Source of the DNA: Calditrichaceae bacterium
GTDB taxonomy: Bacteria; Calditrichota; Calditrichia; Calditrichales; JBFXGD01
Assembly (NCBI GenBank): GCA_050178385.1
Contig: JBFXGD010000097.1
Span: forward strand, 1 to 13,041
DNA length: 13,041 bases
Reading direction: 5' to 3'
Positions within the stretch are counted from its first letter, which is position 1; every line of letters starts with the position of its first letter. The translations under genes and the position numbers were made by a program. The notes below the pieces were generated by a model. That model ran no database searches and was not told the DNA's origin. It worked only from the letters and a program-made list of their open reading frames with translations. Of the stretch, positions 1 to 7,777 are shown one piece after another.

Positions 1-462
1 CAGTGTAACGATCAGGTAGCGCTTTGTTCTCCGTTCGGCCTTTAAAACGGTTATAAGAATAGTTGACTCGGTGGTGAGTAAAATCAGGATGGGAAGTAGA
101 TAGATCCCCTGCCGGTGGTTTTCCGTGAAAAGGATTATCTGAAAGAAATTTTTATAAATAATTATCACAAAAAAAATCAGAATCGCGATTATAAGAACCA
201 GCAGGGTGGCGGTGCTTATTAATTTGTTCCTGATTTGTTCAGGCTGGCCTGCAATAAATCTGAAAAGCGCCTGCTCCATTCCCATCAGTAACGCGGCGCT
301 TCCCAGCGCGATATACAATCGGTAAAGCGAAAAAATACCAAAATCTTCGGGAGAAAGATAAAAGGCAATGAAGGGCAGAGCGATTAGCGGAAGAAATCGT
401 ACAATCGCTCCGGTAAAAAGATAGATCAATAAATCGCGGATGCTTTTGGAAATTTTAAGCAT
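1..462 (-). CDS. Wzx-like oligosaccharide/polysaccharide flippase (MOP superfamily), 3' end runs off the window
   Basis: Not in the ORF track. Manual translation from ATG at 462, preceded by AGGGA: MLKISKSIRDLLIYLFTGAIVRFLPLIALPFIAFYLSPEDFGIFSLYRLYIALGSAALLMGMEQALFRF... The frame is open to base 1, has multiple hydrophobic segments, and carries the typical 'LPxxxxxLSPEDFG' and 'GxxxALxRF' flippase N-terminal pattern. Confidence 0.85.
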   Translation of the reverse strand, partial: MLKISKSIRDLLIYLFTGAIVRFLPLIALPFIAFYLSPEDFGIFSLYRLYIALGSAALLMGMEQALFRFIAGQPEQIRNKLISTATLLVLIIAILIFFVIIIYKNFFQIILFTENHRQGIYLLPILILLTTESTILITVLKAERRTKRYLIVTL

Positions 463-502
463 AATTCCCTGCAGATAATTGCGGATGTTCGTAAAGATTT
501 GG

Positions 503-1474
503 TCAGATTAGCAATTCAAACGTATCTCTGAATAATCCGCGGGCGCCGAAGCTCTCTTTGAACTTTCCCAGGCCCCAGTTTGGATCCATATTTACCGTAA
601 AAATTCCGAAATCATAAAATGTATAGCGGTGATCAATACACCATTGAAAAATATGATAAAACAATTGGTTTACGGACCGGTATTCCTGAAACTCCTTATT
701 ATCACTGATATAGAACGCCAGAACGACTTTATCCGTGGTGATAAAATTAACCACACCGGCGATCATTCTGCCATCGAGATAAGCGCCCCAGAGATGAATA
801 CGGTCAGGGAAGAGCGCCACAATTTTTTTTAGCTCTTCCAGGGAATGAGTGGGGTTTACATTGTGTCTCAGCTTCAAATTTTGTTTTAAGATTTCATAAT
901 AACTATCGTAGTCGTCACTCAACCGGATGCGTACCCCGGATTTTATTGATTTTCTTGTGGCCGTGCGGGCCTCGGAACGGAACATCGTCAAAATATCTTC
1001 TTTTGAAGACGGAAACTGAACGATGCTGGAAATCTCTCTTTTTAGATACCGGAATCCGCTTTGTAAAAACGCAAAATCAAAATAATTTGAATATTTCCCC
1101 ATATATACGATTGGCGGAGGGGTAATTACAATACGGCTAAACCCATTGTCTTTGGCATATTTCTTTGTAAGATCAACATAATCAAATGCTTCTCTGATTC
1201 CCGCGTCTTTATAGACAAAACCCCCGTACGAAGCACCACGGTGGGAATAAAGTACTTTGTCCTTATCCATCATTATTTCGGTGGCCGGGATGATGGCTTT
1301 GATGGTATTTTTTTGTTTGATAATCAGAGAATGGTCTGTAAACCGGTCCACAGGGTGATAACTTAGAAATCGTCGGGTTTGAAAAATGTTTCCGTTATCC
1401 GCGTTCCAGACATATTCATCCCACCAATCTTCATCGGATTTGGTAAATCTAACAATGGTATTCTTCATGGGCAT
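503..1474 (-). CDS. GNAT-fold / FemAB-like transferase (acyl- or aminoacyl-transferase), probably linked to polysaccharide synthesis
   Basis: Motifs include WDEYV..GNIFQTRRFLSYH, SHRGASYGG, R..RKSIKSGV, and YDFG...GLGKFKESFGA. The start is moved from the TTG at 1510 to ATG 1474 (or 1468), because 1487-1533 is a terminator hairpin. Confidence 0.8.
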   Translation of the reverse strand: MPMKNTIVRFTKSDEDWWDEYVWNADNGNIFQTRRFLSYHPVDRFTDHSLIIKQKNTIKAIIPATEIMMDKDKVLYSHRGASYGGFVYKDAGIREAFDYVDLTKKYAKDNGFSRIVITPPPIVYMGKYSNYFDFAFLQSGFRYLKREISSIVQFPSSKEDILTMFRSEARTATRKSIKSGVRIRLSDDYDSYYEILKQNLKLRHNVNPTHSLEELKKIVALFPDRIHLWGAYLDGRMIAGVVNFITTDKVVLAFYISDNKEFQEYRSVNQLFYHIFQWCIDHRYTFYDFGIFTVNMDPNWGLGKFKESFGARGLFRDTFELLI

Positions 1475-1486
1475 CGGATTCCGGTT

Positions 1487-1533
1487 AAAATAAAACGGAC
1501 TCTCCCTCAAAAATATATGATAGGAAAGTCCGT
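1487..1533 (-). terminator. Intrinsic terminator after argF
   Basis: Minus strand reads ACGGACTTTCC-(17 nt)-GGAGAGTCCGT followed by TTTATTTT. This is an 11-bp stem with one G-U pair, 12 nt after the argF stop. Confidence 0.7.
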
Positions 1534-1545
1534 ATGAGATTATTT

Positions 1546-2457
1546 TTACGCAAGCAGTTTTGCAATAATCGCTTTTTGAATATGCATGCGGTTTTCGGCT
1601 TCATCGAAAACGATTGACTTTTTGCTGTCGATCACTTCATCGGTTATTTCATCACCGCGATGAGCCGGGAGGCAATGCATTACTAATGCGTCCTTCCTGG
1701 CATGCTGCATCAGTTTACTGTTGACCTGAAACGGCATAAATATTTTTTTGCGTTCCTGTGCTTCCGCTTCCTGTCCCATGCTTGCCCAGACATCAGTGTA
1801 CACAACATCGGCATCTTTCACCGCCGCGACCGGATCACTGAGGACTTCTACCGTGCTTATTCCGGCGTTCCGGGCGTAGGCGAGGGTTTCCGCGTCCGGC
1901 TCATAACCGGATGGCGAACAAATCACCAAATGCATCGGAAGTTTGGCGGAGAGATTTAACCAGGAATTGGCAATATTATTCCCGTCTCCGATATAGGTAA
2001 TCTTAACATTGTCGAGGCTTTTCCGGTGTTCTTTGACCGTAAAAATATCAGCCATGATCTGGCAGGGGTGGTTGTAATCGGTTAAGCCGTTGATAACAGG
2101 GACTGTGGCGTACTTTGCCATTTCAATCATATGCGCGTGATCAAAAAGGCGGGCCATGATGATATCATTATATCTTGAAATGACCTGGGCGATGTCTTTC
2201 ACCGCTTCGCGTTTACCGATACCAATATCATTTGGGGAAAGATAGAGCGCGTATCCGCCGAGCTGATACATCCCGGTTTCAAATGAGATACGTGTTCGCG
2301 CTGAAGGTTTGGCAAAAATCATTGACATGGTTTTGCCTTTACAAATATGATGCTCTTCATTTCTTTTTGTTTTTGCTTTCAATTCAGCGGTCAGATTAAA
2401 AATCGCTTCAATCTCCGCGCGTGAATAATCAGCGATCGATATAAAATCTTTCTTCAC
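1546..2457 (-). CDS. argF: Ornithine carbamoyltransferase
   Basis: Has the SxRTR carbamoyl-phosphate motif (SARTR), HPCQ, GDGNN, the DVWASMG ornithine loop, HCLP and AENR. The likely start is GTG 2457, directly after GGAGGT. Confidence 0.95.
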   Translation of the reverse strand: MKKDFISIADYSRAEIEAIFNLTAELKAKTKRNEEHHICKGKTMSMIFAKPSARTRISFETGMYQLGGYALYLSPNDIGIGKREAVKDIAQVISRYNDIIMARLFDHAHMIEMAKYATVPVINGLTDYNHPCQIMADIFTVKEHRKSLDNVKITYIGDGNNIANSWLNLSAKLPMHLVICSPSGYEPDAETLAYARNAGISTVEVLSDPVAAVKDADVVYTDVWASMGQEAEAQERKKIFMPFQVNSKLMQHARKDALVMHCLPAHRGDEITDEVIDSKKSIVFDEAENRMHIQKAIIAKLLA

Positions 2458-2570
2458 AAAACCTCCGTGGATTAACATGTTTTATAACCATATAATATTC
2501 GGTTCTACAATATTTTTTAGCATCAAATATACAATTTAAACACATATCGGGCAATCAGCTTGTCAGTGAA

Positions 2571-3926
2571 TTATAAGATATATCTGCTCAAATCTTCGTC
2601 TTCAACGACCTCCTTCAATGTTTCCTGAACCTTCTTGTTGTCGATGTGTATTTTATCAAATTGTTTTTCGGGTACATCAAACAAAATCTCTTCCAGAAGC
2701 GTGGACATTATGGTATGAAGTCTCCGGGCGCCTATATTTTCCGCGCGCGCGTTGACGAGCGTGGCGATTCTGGCGATTTCAGAAATGGCATCATCCGTAA
2801 AATCAATGATTACGGATTCCGTTTCCAGCAATGCCGTATATTGTTTTATCAAGGCGTTTTGCGGTTCCGTCAGGATTCTTATAAAATCATCTTCACTCAG
2901 ACTATTCAGCTCGACGCGAATAGGGAAGCGGCCCTGCAGTTCTGGAATGAGATCGGACGGTTTACTCACATGGAACGCCCCGGAGGCAACAAATAGAATA
3001 TGATCTGTTTTGACCATTCCGTATTTTGTAACCACAGAGGTGCCTTCCACGATCGGCAGCAGGTCACGCTGAACGCCTTCCCTTGAAACATCGGGGCCTT
3101 TACCGCCGCCCGAACCGGCGATTTTGTCGATCTCGTCCAAAAACACAATTCCGGAATTTTCTACCCGATTTATGGCCGCCCGCATCACTTCTTCCATATC
3201 AATAAGTTTCTGCGCTTCCTGCTGTGTGAAGATTTTTTCGGCTTCAGCCACTGTTGTCTTGCGTTTTTTGAATTTCTTGGGCATCATACCGCCGAACATT
3301 TCCTGAATATTAAGACCCATTTCTTCGATGCCGAGGGGTGAGAAGATCTGCATCATTGGAGTACGGTCAGACGGAACATCAATTTCAACGGGACGGTCAT
3401 TCAATTTGCCTTCCAGCAGCTGTGATCTCAACTTTTCCCGCGTGCGCTGATGACGTAATTCCAATTCATCTTCTTCCTGCATTTCTCCCACCGGTTTAGG
3501 TTTTGCGGTGATTGGCGGAAGGAGTAAATCAAGTATCCGTTCAAGCGCTAATTCCCGGGCTTTTGATTCCACCGCTTTTGATTTTTCTTCACGTACCAGT
3601 TGAACACCGATTTCAACAAGATCACGTATTATCGATTCAACATCACGGCCTACATAACCCACTTCGGTGAATTTCGACGCTTCCACTTTTATAAACGGCG
3701 CGTTTGCCAGTTTTGCCAGACGTCTGGAAATTTCTGTTTTTCCGACACCGGTAGGTCCGATCAGAATAATGTTGTTCGGCATGATTTCGTCACGAAGCTC
3801 ACCTGTGACCTGCTGACGGCGCCAACGATTTCGCAGGGCAATGGCAACCATTTTCTTTGCCTTTGTCTGCCCGATAATATATTTATCTAATTCTATTACG
3901 ATTTGATGCGGTGTAAATTCTTTCAT
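2571..3926 (-). CDS. hslU: ATP-dependent protease ATPase subunit HslU (ClpY)
   Basis: Walker [13 protein letters not shown] pore loop, FLDEIDK Walker [18 protein letters not shown] and a C-terminal DLSRYIL. Start at ATG 3926 ([10 protein letters not shown]) with GGAG upstream. Confidence 0.97.
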   Translation of the reverse strand: MKEFTPHQIVIELDKYIIGQTKAKKMVAIALRNRWRRQQVTGELRDEIMPNNIILIGPTGVGKTEISRRLAKLANAPFIKVEASKFTEVGYVGRDVESIIRDLVEIGVQLVREEKSKAVESKARELALERILDLLLPPITAKPKPVGEMQEEDELELRHQRTREKLRSQLLEGKLNDRPVEIDVPSDRTPMMQIFSPLGIEEMGLNIQEMFGGMMPKKFKKRKTTVAEAEKIFTQQEAQKLIDMEEVMRAAINRVENSGIVFLDEIDKIAGSGGGKGPDVSREGVQRDLLPIVEGTSVVTKYGMVKTDHILFVASGAFHVSKPSDLIPELQGRFPIRVELNSLSEDDFIRILTEPQNALIKQYTALLETESVIIDFTDDAISEIARIATLVNARAENIGARRLHTIMSTLLEEILFDVPEKQFDKIHIDNKKVQETLKEVVEDEDLSRYIL

Positions 3927-3939
3927 TGATAGACTCCGT

Positions 3940-4488
3940 TTAAAGCACTTCGACTTTGATATGTTCATTGGTATAAATGCAAATTTCAGCGGCTGCCTGT
4001 AGTGATTCTCTGGCGATTTCTTCAACGCTGAGTTTAGAGTGTTTAATTAAACTTCTGGCGGCGGCGAGAGCATACGGCCCACCGGAACCAATGGCGGCAA
4101 TCCCGTCATCGGGTTCGATTATTTCGCCGGTCCCCGATATAATAAAGATATTATTTTTGTCCATAACCACTAATAATGCTTCAAGACGGCGTAAATACCG
4201 ATCCGATCTCCAGTCCTTGGCCAGTTCAACCGCGGCTCTGGGTAAATTTCCGGAATATCGTTCTAATTTTTCTTCAAATCGTTCAAATAATGTAAACGCG
4301 TCTGCCGCCGCGCCGGCAAAACCGGCCAGAATTTTTTGATTGTATAAACGGCGAATCTTTTGGGCGGAATGCTTCATCACCGTGTTACCTAATGTCACCT
4401 GTCCGTCACCGGCCAGAGCAATCTGACCGTTGTGCTTAATTCCCAGAATGGTAGTTGCGTAAAATGTATTAGGATTATGTTCAGTCAT
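3940..4488 (-). CDS. hslV: ATP-dependent protease peptidase subunit HslV (ClpQ)
   Basis: TTIL catalytic Thr, [23 protein letters not shown] and CIYTN. Start at ATG 4488 with GAAGGAAG upstream. An 11-aa propeptide precedes the catalytic Thr. Confidence 0.97.
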   Translation of the reverse strand: MTEHNPNTFYATTILGIKHNGQIALAGDGQVTLGNTVMKHSAQKIRRLYNQKILAGFAGAAADAFTLFERFEEKLERYSGNLPRAAVELAKDWRSDRYLRRLEALLVVMDKNNIFIISGTGEIIEPDDGIAAIGSGGPYALAAARSLIKHSKLSVEEIARESLQAAAEICIYTNEHIKVEVL

Positions 4489-4661
4489 TTTTCTTCCTTC
4501 TTTTTTTACCTTGAAAACTTGAATGCCGAGCTGTTTGCATTGTTCCTTCTCAATGACAGAACCGGTCAAAATCGCTGAATCGGTCCCTTAATATGCCGTT
4601 GCATTGACAAAAAGATTCAATTGCCTTTAAATATGATGTGACGAAAATAAATTAAATCCAA

Positions 4662-6131
4662 TTAAAGACCTCTTCTCAATCTGGCGACGGGAATCTGAAG
4701 CTGTTCGCGGTATTTTGCGACAGTCCGCCTGGCAACCGGATATCCTTCCTTCTTTAGAATGACTGAAAGTTTGTCATCGCTATAAGGTTTTTTATGATCT
4801 TCCGTTTCAATAATATCCCGGATCCGGTTTTTTATCATTCTTGTTGAAATTTCATCTCCATCGTCCGTCTCAATCCGTTCATTAAAGAAGTACTTCAGTT
4901 CAAATACTCCAAAATCCGTCTGCACATATTTTCCGTTGGCGACACGGCTGACAGTCGAGATATCCATCTCAATCATCTCAGCTATTTCGCGCATAATTAA
5001 GGGTTTTATATGATCAGCGCCTTTTCTGAAAAAATCAATCTGCTTGTGCAGGATAGCTTCCATCACCTTTAGCATGGTCATTTTACGCTGATAGATGGAA
5101 GTGATAAACCAGCGGGCCGATTCAATTTTTTTCCGTATATAGTGACGCGTTTCTTTGTCCGTGGTTTTTCGGTCAAACAACATTTTTTTGTATGTGCTGC
5201 TGATTTTGAGCGGGGGAATATTCCAATCATTAAGAGATACGACAAATTCTCCGTCAATTTCCTCAATAATAAAATCGGGTACAATATAATTGCTGCGTGA
5301 ATCGAACATGCCTTCACCCGGTTTGGGGTTCAGTTTCAGTATCTGATCGATGGCTGTCTGCAGGTCTTCTGATGTGATTTTCAAGCCATCGAGAATCTTG
5401 TCATACCGTCTATTTTTAAAATCATCAAAATAATCTTTTAATATCTCAATCGCTGTTTTATTAGGATTCTCAAGTTCATAGATCTGAACCAGAAGGCATT
5501 CTCTTAAGTCGCGGCTCCCAACCCCTGTAGGTTCAAGTGATTGAATGGTTCTGAGTATTTTTTCAATCTGCGCGGTCTCGACTTCAAAAATCTCGGCGAC
5601 TGTATCCACGGAAATCGACTGATCCAGATAGCCGTCGTCGCGGATATTCCAGATAAGATATTCCCCTATGGCAAGCTCTTTTTCATTCAGATTTACTGTA
5701 TGCAACTGTTCCAAAAGATGTTCGGGCAGTGTCGTCAGGCTTATTTCGGGGCGTTCATAGTCATCATCATTTTTATCTTTCGGGAGACGGATTTCATAGG
5801 CGTCTTCATCGTTCAGAAAATTTTCGAGGTCGTTGTCTTTTTGAGCGTCTTCGATTTCTTTGCGGTCATAATCATCATCCTTGTCCGGTTTCTTGTCATG
5901 AAGTTCAAGTTCCTCCTCGACTTTGGCAGTCTCCTCGTCTGTGCCTTCTATAATGTCTTCCTGAAGCTGTTCATCTTCCTCATCCCCCTCTTCGAGAACG
6001 GGGTTTATTTCCAGTTCACTTTTTATTTTCTGCTCAAGGCTTAGCAGGGGCAACTGCAAAAGAGTGGAAAGCAGTATCTGTTGAGGAGTCAGTCGCTGTT
6101 CTAGTCGAAGATTTTGAGACAGATTAATCAT
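4662..6131 (-). CDS. rpoN: RNA polymerase sigma-54 factor
   Basis: Gln/Leu-rich region I (LEQRLTPQQI..LLQLP..LEQ), acidic region II, ECLLVQ, LNPKPG, HTH (ISTVSR..GKY) and the RpoN box ARRTVAKYRE. GGAGGT lies upstream. Confidence 0.97.
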   Translation of the reverse strand: MINLSQNLRLEQRLTPQQILLSTLLQLPLLSLEQKIKSELEINPVLEEGDEEDEQLQEDIIEGTDEETAKVEEELELHDKKPDKDDDYDRKEIEDAQKDNDLENFLNDEDAYEIRLPKDKNDDDYERPEISLTTLPEHLLEQLHTVNLNEKELAIGEYLIWNIRDDGYLDQSISVDTVAEIFEVETAQIEKILRTIQSLEPTGVGSRDLRECLLVQIYELENPNKTAIEILKDYFDDFKNRRYDKILDGLKITSEDLQTAIDQILKLNPKPGEGMFDSRSNYIVPDFIIEEIDGEFVVSLNDWNIPPLKISSTYKKMLFDRKTTDKETRHYIRKKIESARWFITSIYQRKMTMLKVMEAILHKQIDFFRKGADHIKPLIMREIAEMIEMDISTVSRVANGKYVQTDFGVFELKYFFNERIETDDGDEISTRMIKNRIRDIIETEDHKKPYSDDKLSVILKKEGYPVARRTVAKYREQLQIPVARLRRGL

Positions 6132-6192
6132 AGATTATGATTACCTCCGGATTTCACGCTTAAATACCATCTTTAAATCAGAATTATTAAAT

Positions 6193-6208
6193 TGGCATAA
6201 TTTATGTA
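6193..6208 (+). promoter_or_regulatory. Sigma-54-like -24/-12 site (GG-N10-GT), oriented opposite to rpoN
   Basis: TGGCATAATTTATGTA compared with the consensus TGGCAC-N5-TTGCA. The -12 dinucleotide is GT rather than GC. Confidence 0.4.
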
Positions 6209-6210
6209 GT

Positions 6211-6239
6211 AACTTATATATTTTGCAGAATATAGTCAA
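6211..6239 (-). promoter_or_regulatory. Putative sigma-70-type promoter for rpoN
   Basis: Minus strand TTGACT (6239-6234), 17-bp spacer, TAAGTT (6216-6211). It lies downstream of the DUF1848 terminator, so rpoN probably needs its own promoter. Confidence 0.5.
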
Positions 6240-6351
6240 GGTTATAAATATTTCAGAGTCTTATTTCCCCACCAGATTACACGCATGATCAATAAATCCG
6301 GATAGTCTATAAATTGTTGAAAATTAATAATATACTGCTTTTATAAATTTG

Positions 6352-6385
6352 AAAAAATATGGAGATGCGGTTTGTTATCTCCATA
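6352..6385 (-). terminator. Intrinsic terminator overlapping the DUF1848 stop codon
   Basis: Minus strand TATGGAGAT-(10-nt loop)-ATCTCCATA followed by TTTTTT; perfect 9-bp stem. Confidence 0.7.
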
Positions 6386-7214
6386 CGGGATTAGCATAGC
6401 AATAAATACATCCGAAGCGGCACGGCTGAGCGTGATAATCTCCGATATCAATCGACCGTGTACACCCGCAATCTGTTCGTGTTGGCATTTTTGCCGTTGA
6501 GACTGTTTTATTCCCCGAAAGCCTGTTTAATAAATTCCCATCGATACAACGGCCTTTGTGAATTCCCTTTACTTTAAGCAGGTGATCATTGCTGCAGGAA
6601 TGAAGTTTGATTCCATATCGGGCGGCGGTATTTGTCATTTCCCGGATAACAGAGGTCTGTGTCTCCATATTGGTGGAGAGAATTCGGTCCGTCGGGAATT
6701 TTTCTTTAAAACGGAAGATAAACTTTTTATAGGGATTCGCGAAACTGGTATAACATGTTTTGACGCCGGTTTGGCTCACCCGGTTACAGAGATCATTGAA
6801 TGTGGCGGGATTATGATTACTCAGCGAAAGGCCGTCTTCATGCCAATACACGATGGGATCGTACCGCCAAACGATTCTCTCCGGACCGTAGAATGCGGAT
6901 AATTGTTCAAGCTGGTTAAGACTCTTGTCAATCGGAATGCCGTTTTTCTCAAGTTTTGAGTTTGGCAAAATTGTAAAATGGAAAAATGCTTCATATTCAT
7001 CAAATTCATGCCGGTGTTTTAAAAAATGCTGATAATTGCGTGACCAGAACACAAACCAGGCCACTTTGTCCGGAGTAAGATCAATCCACCTGCTGTCTTT
7101 CGGATAAAACGGATTGCGAACTTCCAGCCCGCCATCACGTAAAACAGTAAGAAGCCAGGGGAGATAAAAAGCCGGAATATCTGTTCTTCTGGATGCCGAA
7201 ATTATTGTTTTCAT
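6375..7214 (-). CDS. DUF1848 family protein with a C-terminal radical-SAM-like CxxxCxxC
   Basis: Family-typical IISASRRTDIPAFY..W, VRNP, VFWSRN, WRYDPI, CID, CGC..SIDIG.Y and CRFGCIYCYA. The start is corrected to ATG 7214 (MKTIISAS). Confidence 0.88.
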   Translation of the reverse strand: MKTIISASRRTDIPAFYLPWLLTVLRDGGLEVRNPFYPKDSRWIDLTPDKVAWFVFWSRNYQHFLKHRHEFDEYEAFFHFTILPNSKLEKNGIPIDKSLNQLEQLSAFYGPERIVWRYDPIVYWHEDGLSLSNHNPATFNDLCNRVSQTGVKTCYTSFANPYKKFIFRFKEKFPTDRILSTNMETQTSVIREMTNTAARYGIKLHSCSNDHLLKVKGIHKGRCIDGNLLNRLSGNKTVSTAKMPTRTDCGCTRSIDIGDYHAQPCRFGCIYCYANPVWR

Positions 7215-7360
7215 AAAACCGATCTGAAAATTATTTATTGATAAAATAAACGATCTGAATAATCGTTTCAATCCGGATGATCATAAAACAGGGAATAATT
7301 TTACATCAGACAATATTTAGACTAATAGGTCAGGAATGACAAAATAACCAGGAGAACAGC

Positions 7361-7687
7361 ATGTCAAAAAAATTAACCCGTAAAGAATTTATTGTCAGGA
7401 TATCCTTACTTGGTATGGCGGGCATGAGCGGAGTATCCTTCATCTCCGCCTGTACCGGTGGGGATAAGAAAGATCCCTGTTCCGATTTAAGCGGACTGAC
7501 AGTGGAAGAAAAAGAAACGCGCGTGTCATTCGAGTATATCCCCAAATCCGTAAAGCCGAAGGAAGTTTGCGACAATTGCGCCTTTTGGATTAAACCGGAA
7601 GCAGGAAAAACATGCGGAGGCTGTGAACTGTTTAAGGGACCGGTTCAGGCAAAAGGGTACTGTATGGCCTGGGCGGAAGCGACTTGA
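7361..7687 (+). CDS. High-potential iron-sulfur protein (HiPIP), predicted Tat-exported lipoprotein
   Basis: AGGAG RBS, Tat-like TRKEFI, lipobox ISA-C31, and the HiPIP pattern Y59...C70xxC73xxW...C88xLF.G.V...G.C101xxW. Confidence 0.85.
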   Translation: MSKKLTRKEFIVRISLLGMAGMSGVSFISACTGGDKKDPCSDLSGLTVEEKETRVSFEYIPKSVKPKEVCDNCAFWIKPEAGKTCGGCELFKGPVQAKGYCMAWAEAT

Positions 7688-7716
7688 AAAACGGTTCCGA
7701 GGGATGATTAATTTTT

Positions 7717-7759
7717 AAAAAAAGCCGATCCGGCGTATGAAAAATGTGCCCGGATCGGC
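7717..7759 (-). terminator. Intrinsic terminator between the convergent HiPIP and FAD oxidoreductase genes
   Basis: GCCGATCCGG (7724-7733) pairs with CCGGATCGGC (7750-7759), a perfect 10-bp stem. The A7 at 7717-7723 gives a U-tract on the minus strand. It may act bidirectionally. Confidence 0.8.
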
Positions 7760-7777
7760 CTGTATTGATCTGAAGTT

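Noticed and set aside
2458..2570. ARG box upstream of argF
   Set aside because: The region is AT-rich, but no convincing TGAAT-N4-ATTCA-like dyad was seen.
4524..4539. TGCCGAGCTGTTTGCA upstream of hslV as a sigma-54 promoter
   Set aside because: It lacks the invariant -24 GG and is on the wrong strand for hslV.
4489..4661. Heat-shock operator (CIRCE) upstream of hslVU
   Set aside because: No TTAGCACTC-N9-GAGTGCTAA-like sequence was found.
5750..6000. Low-complexity tcatc/tcttc repeats
   Set aside because: They simply encode the Asp/Glu-rich region II of sigma-54 and are not a repeat array.
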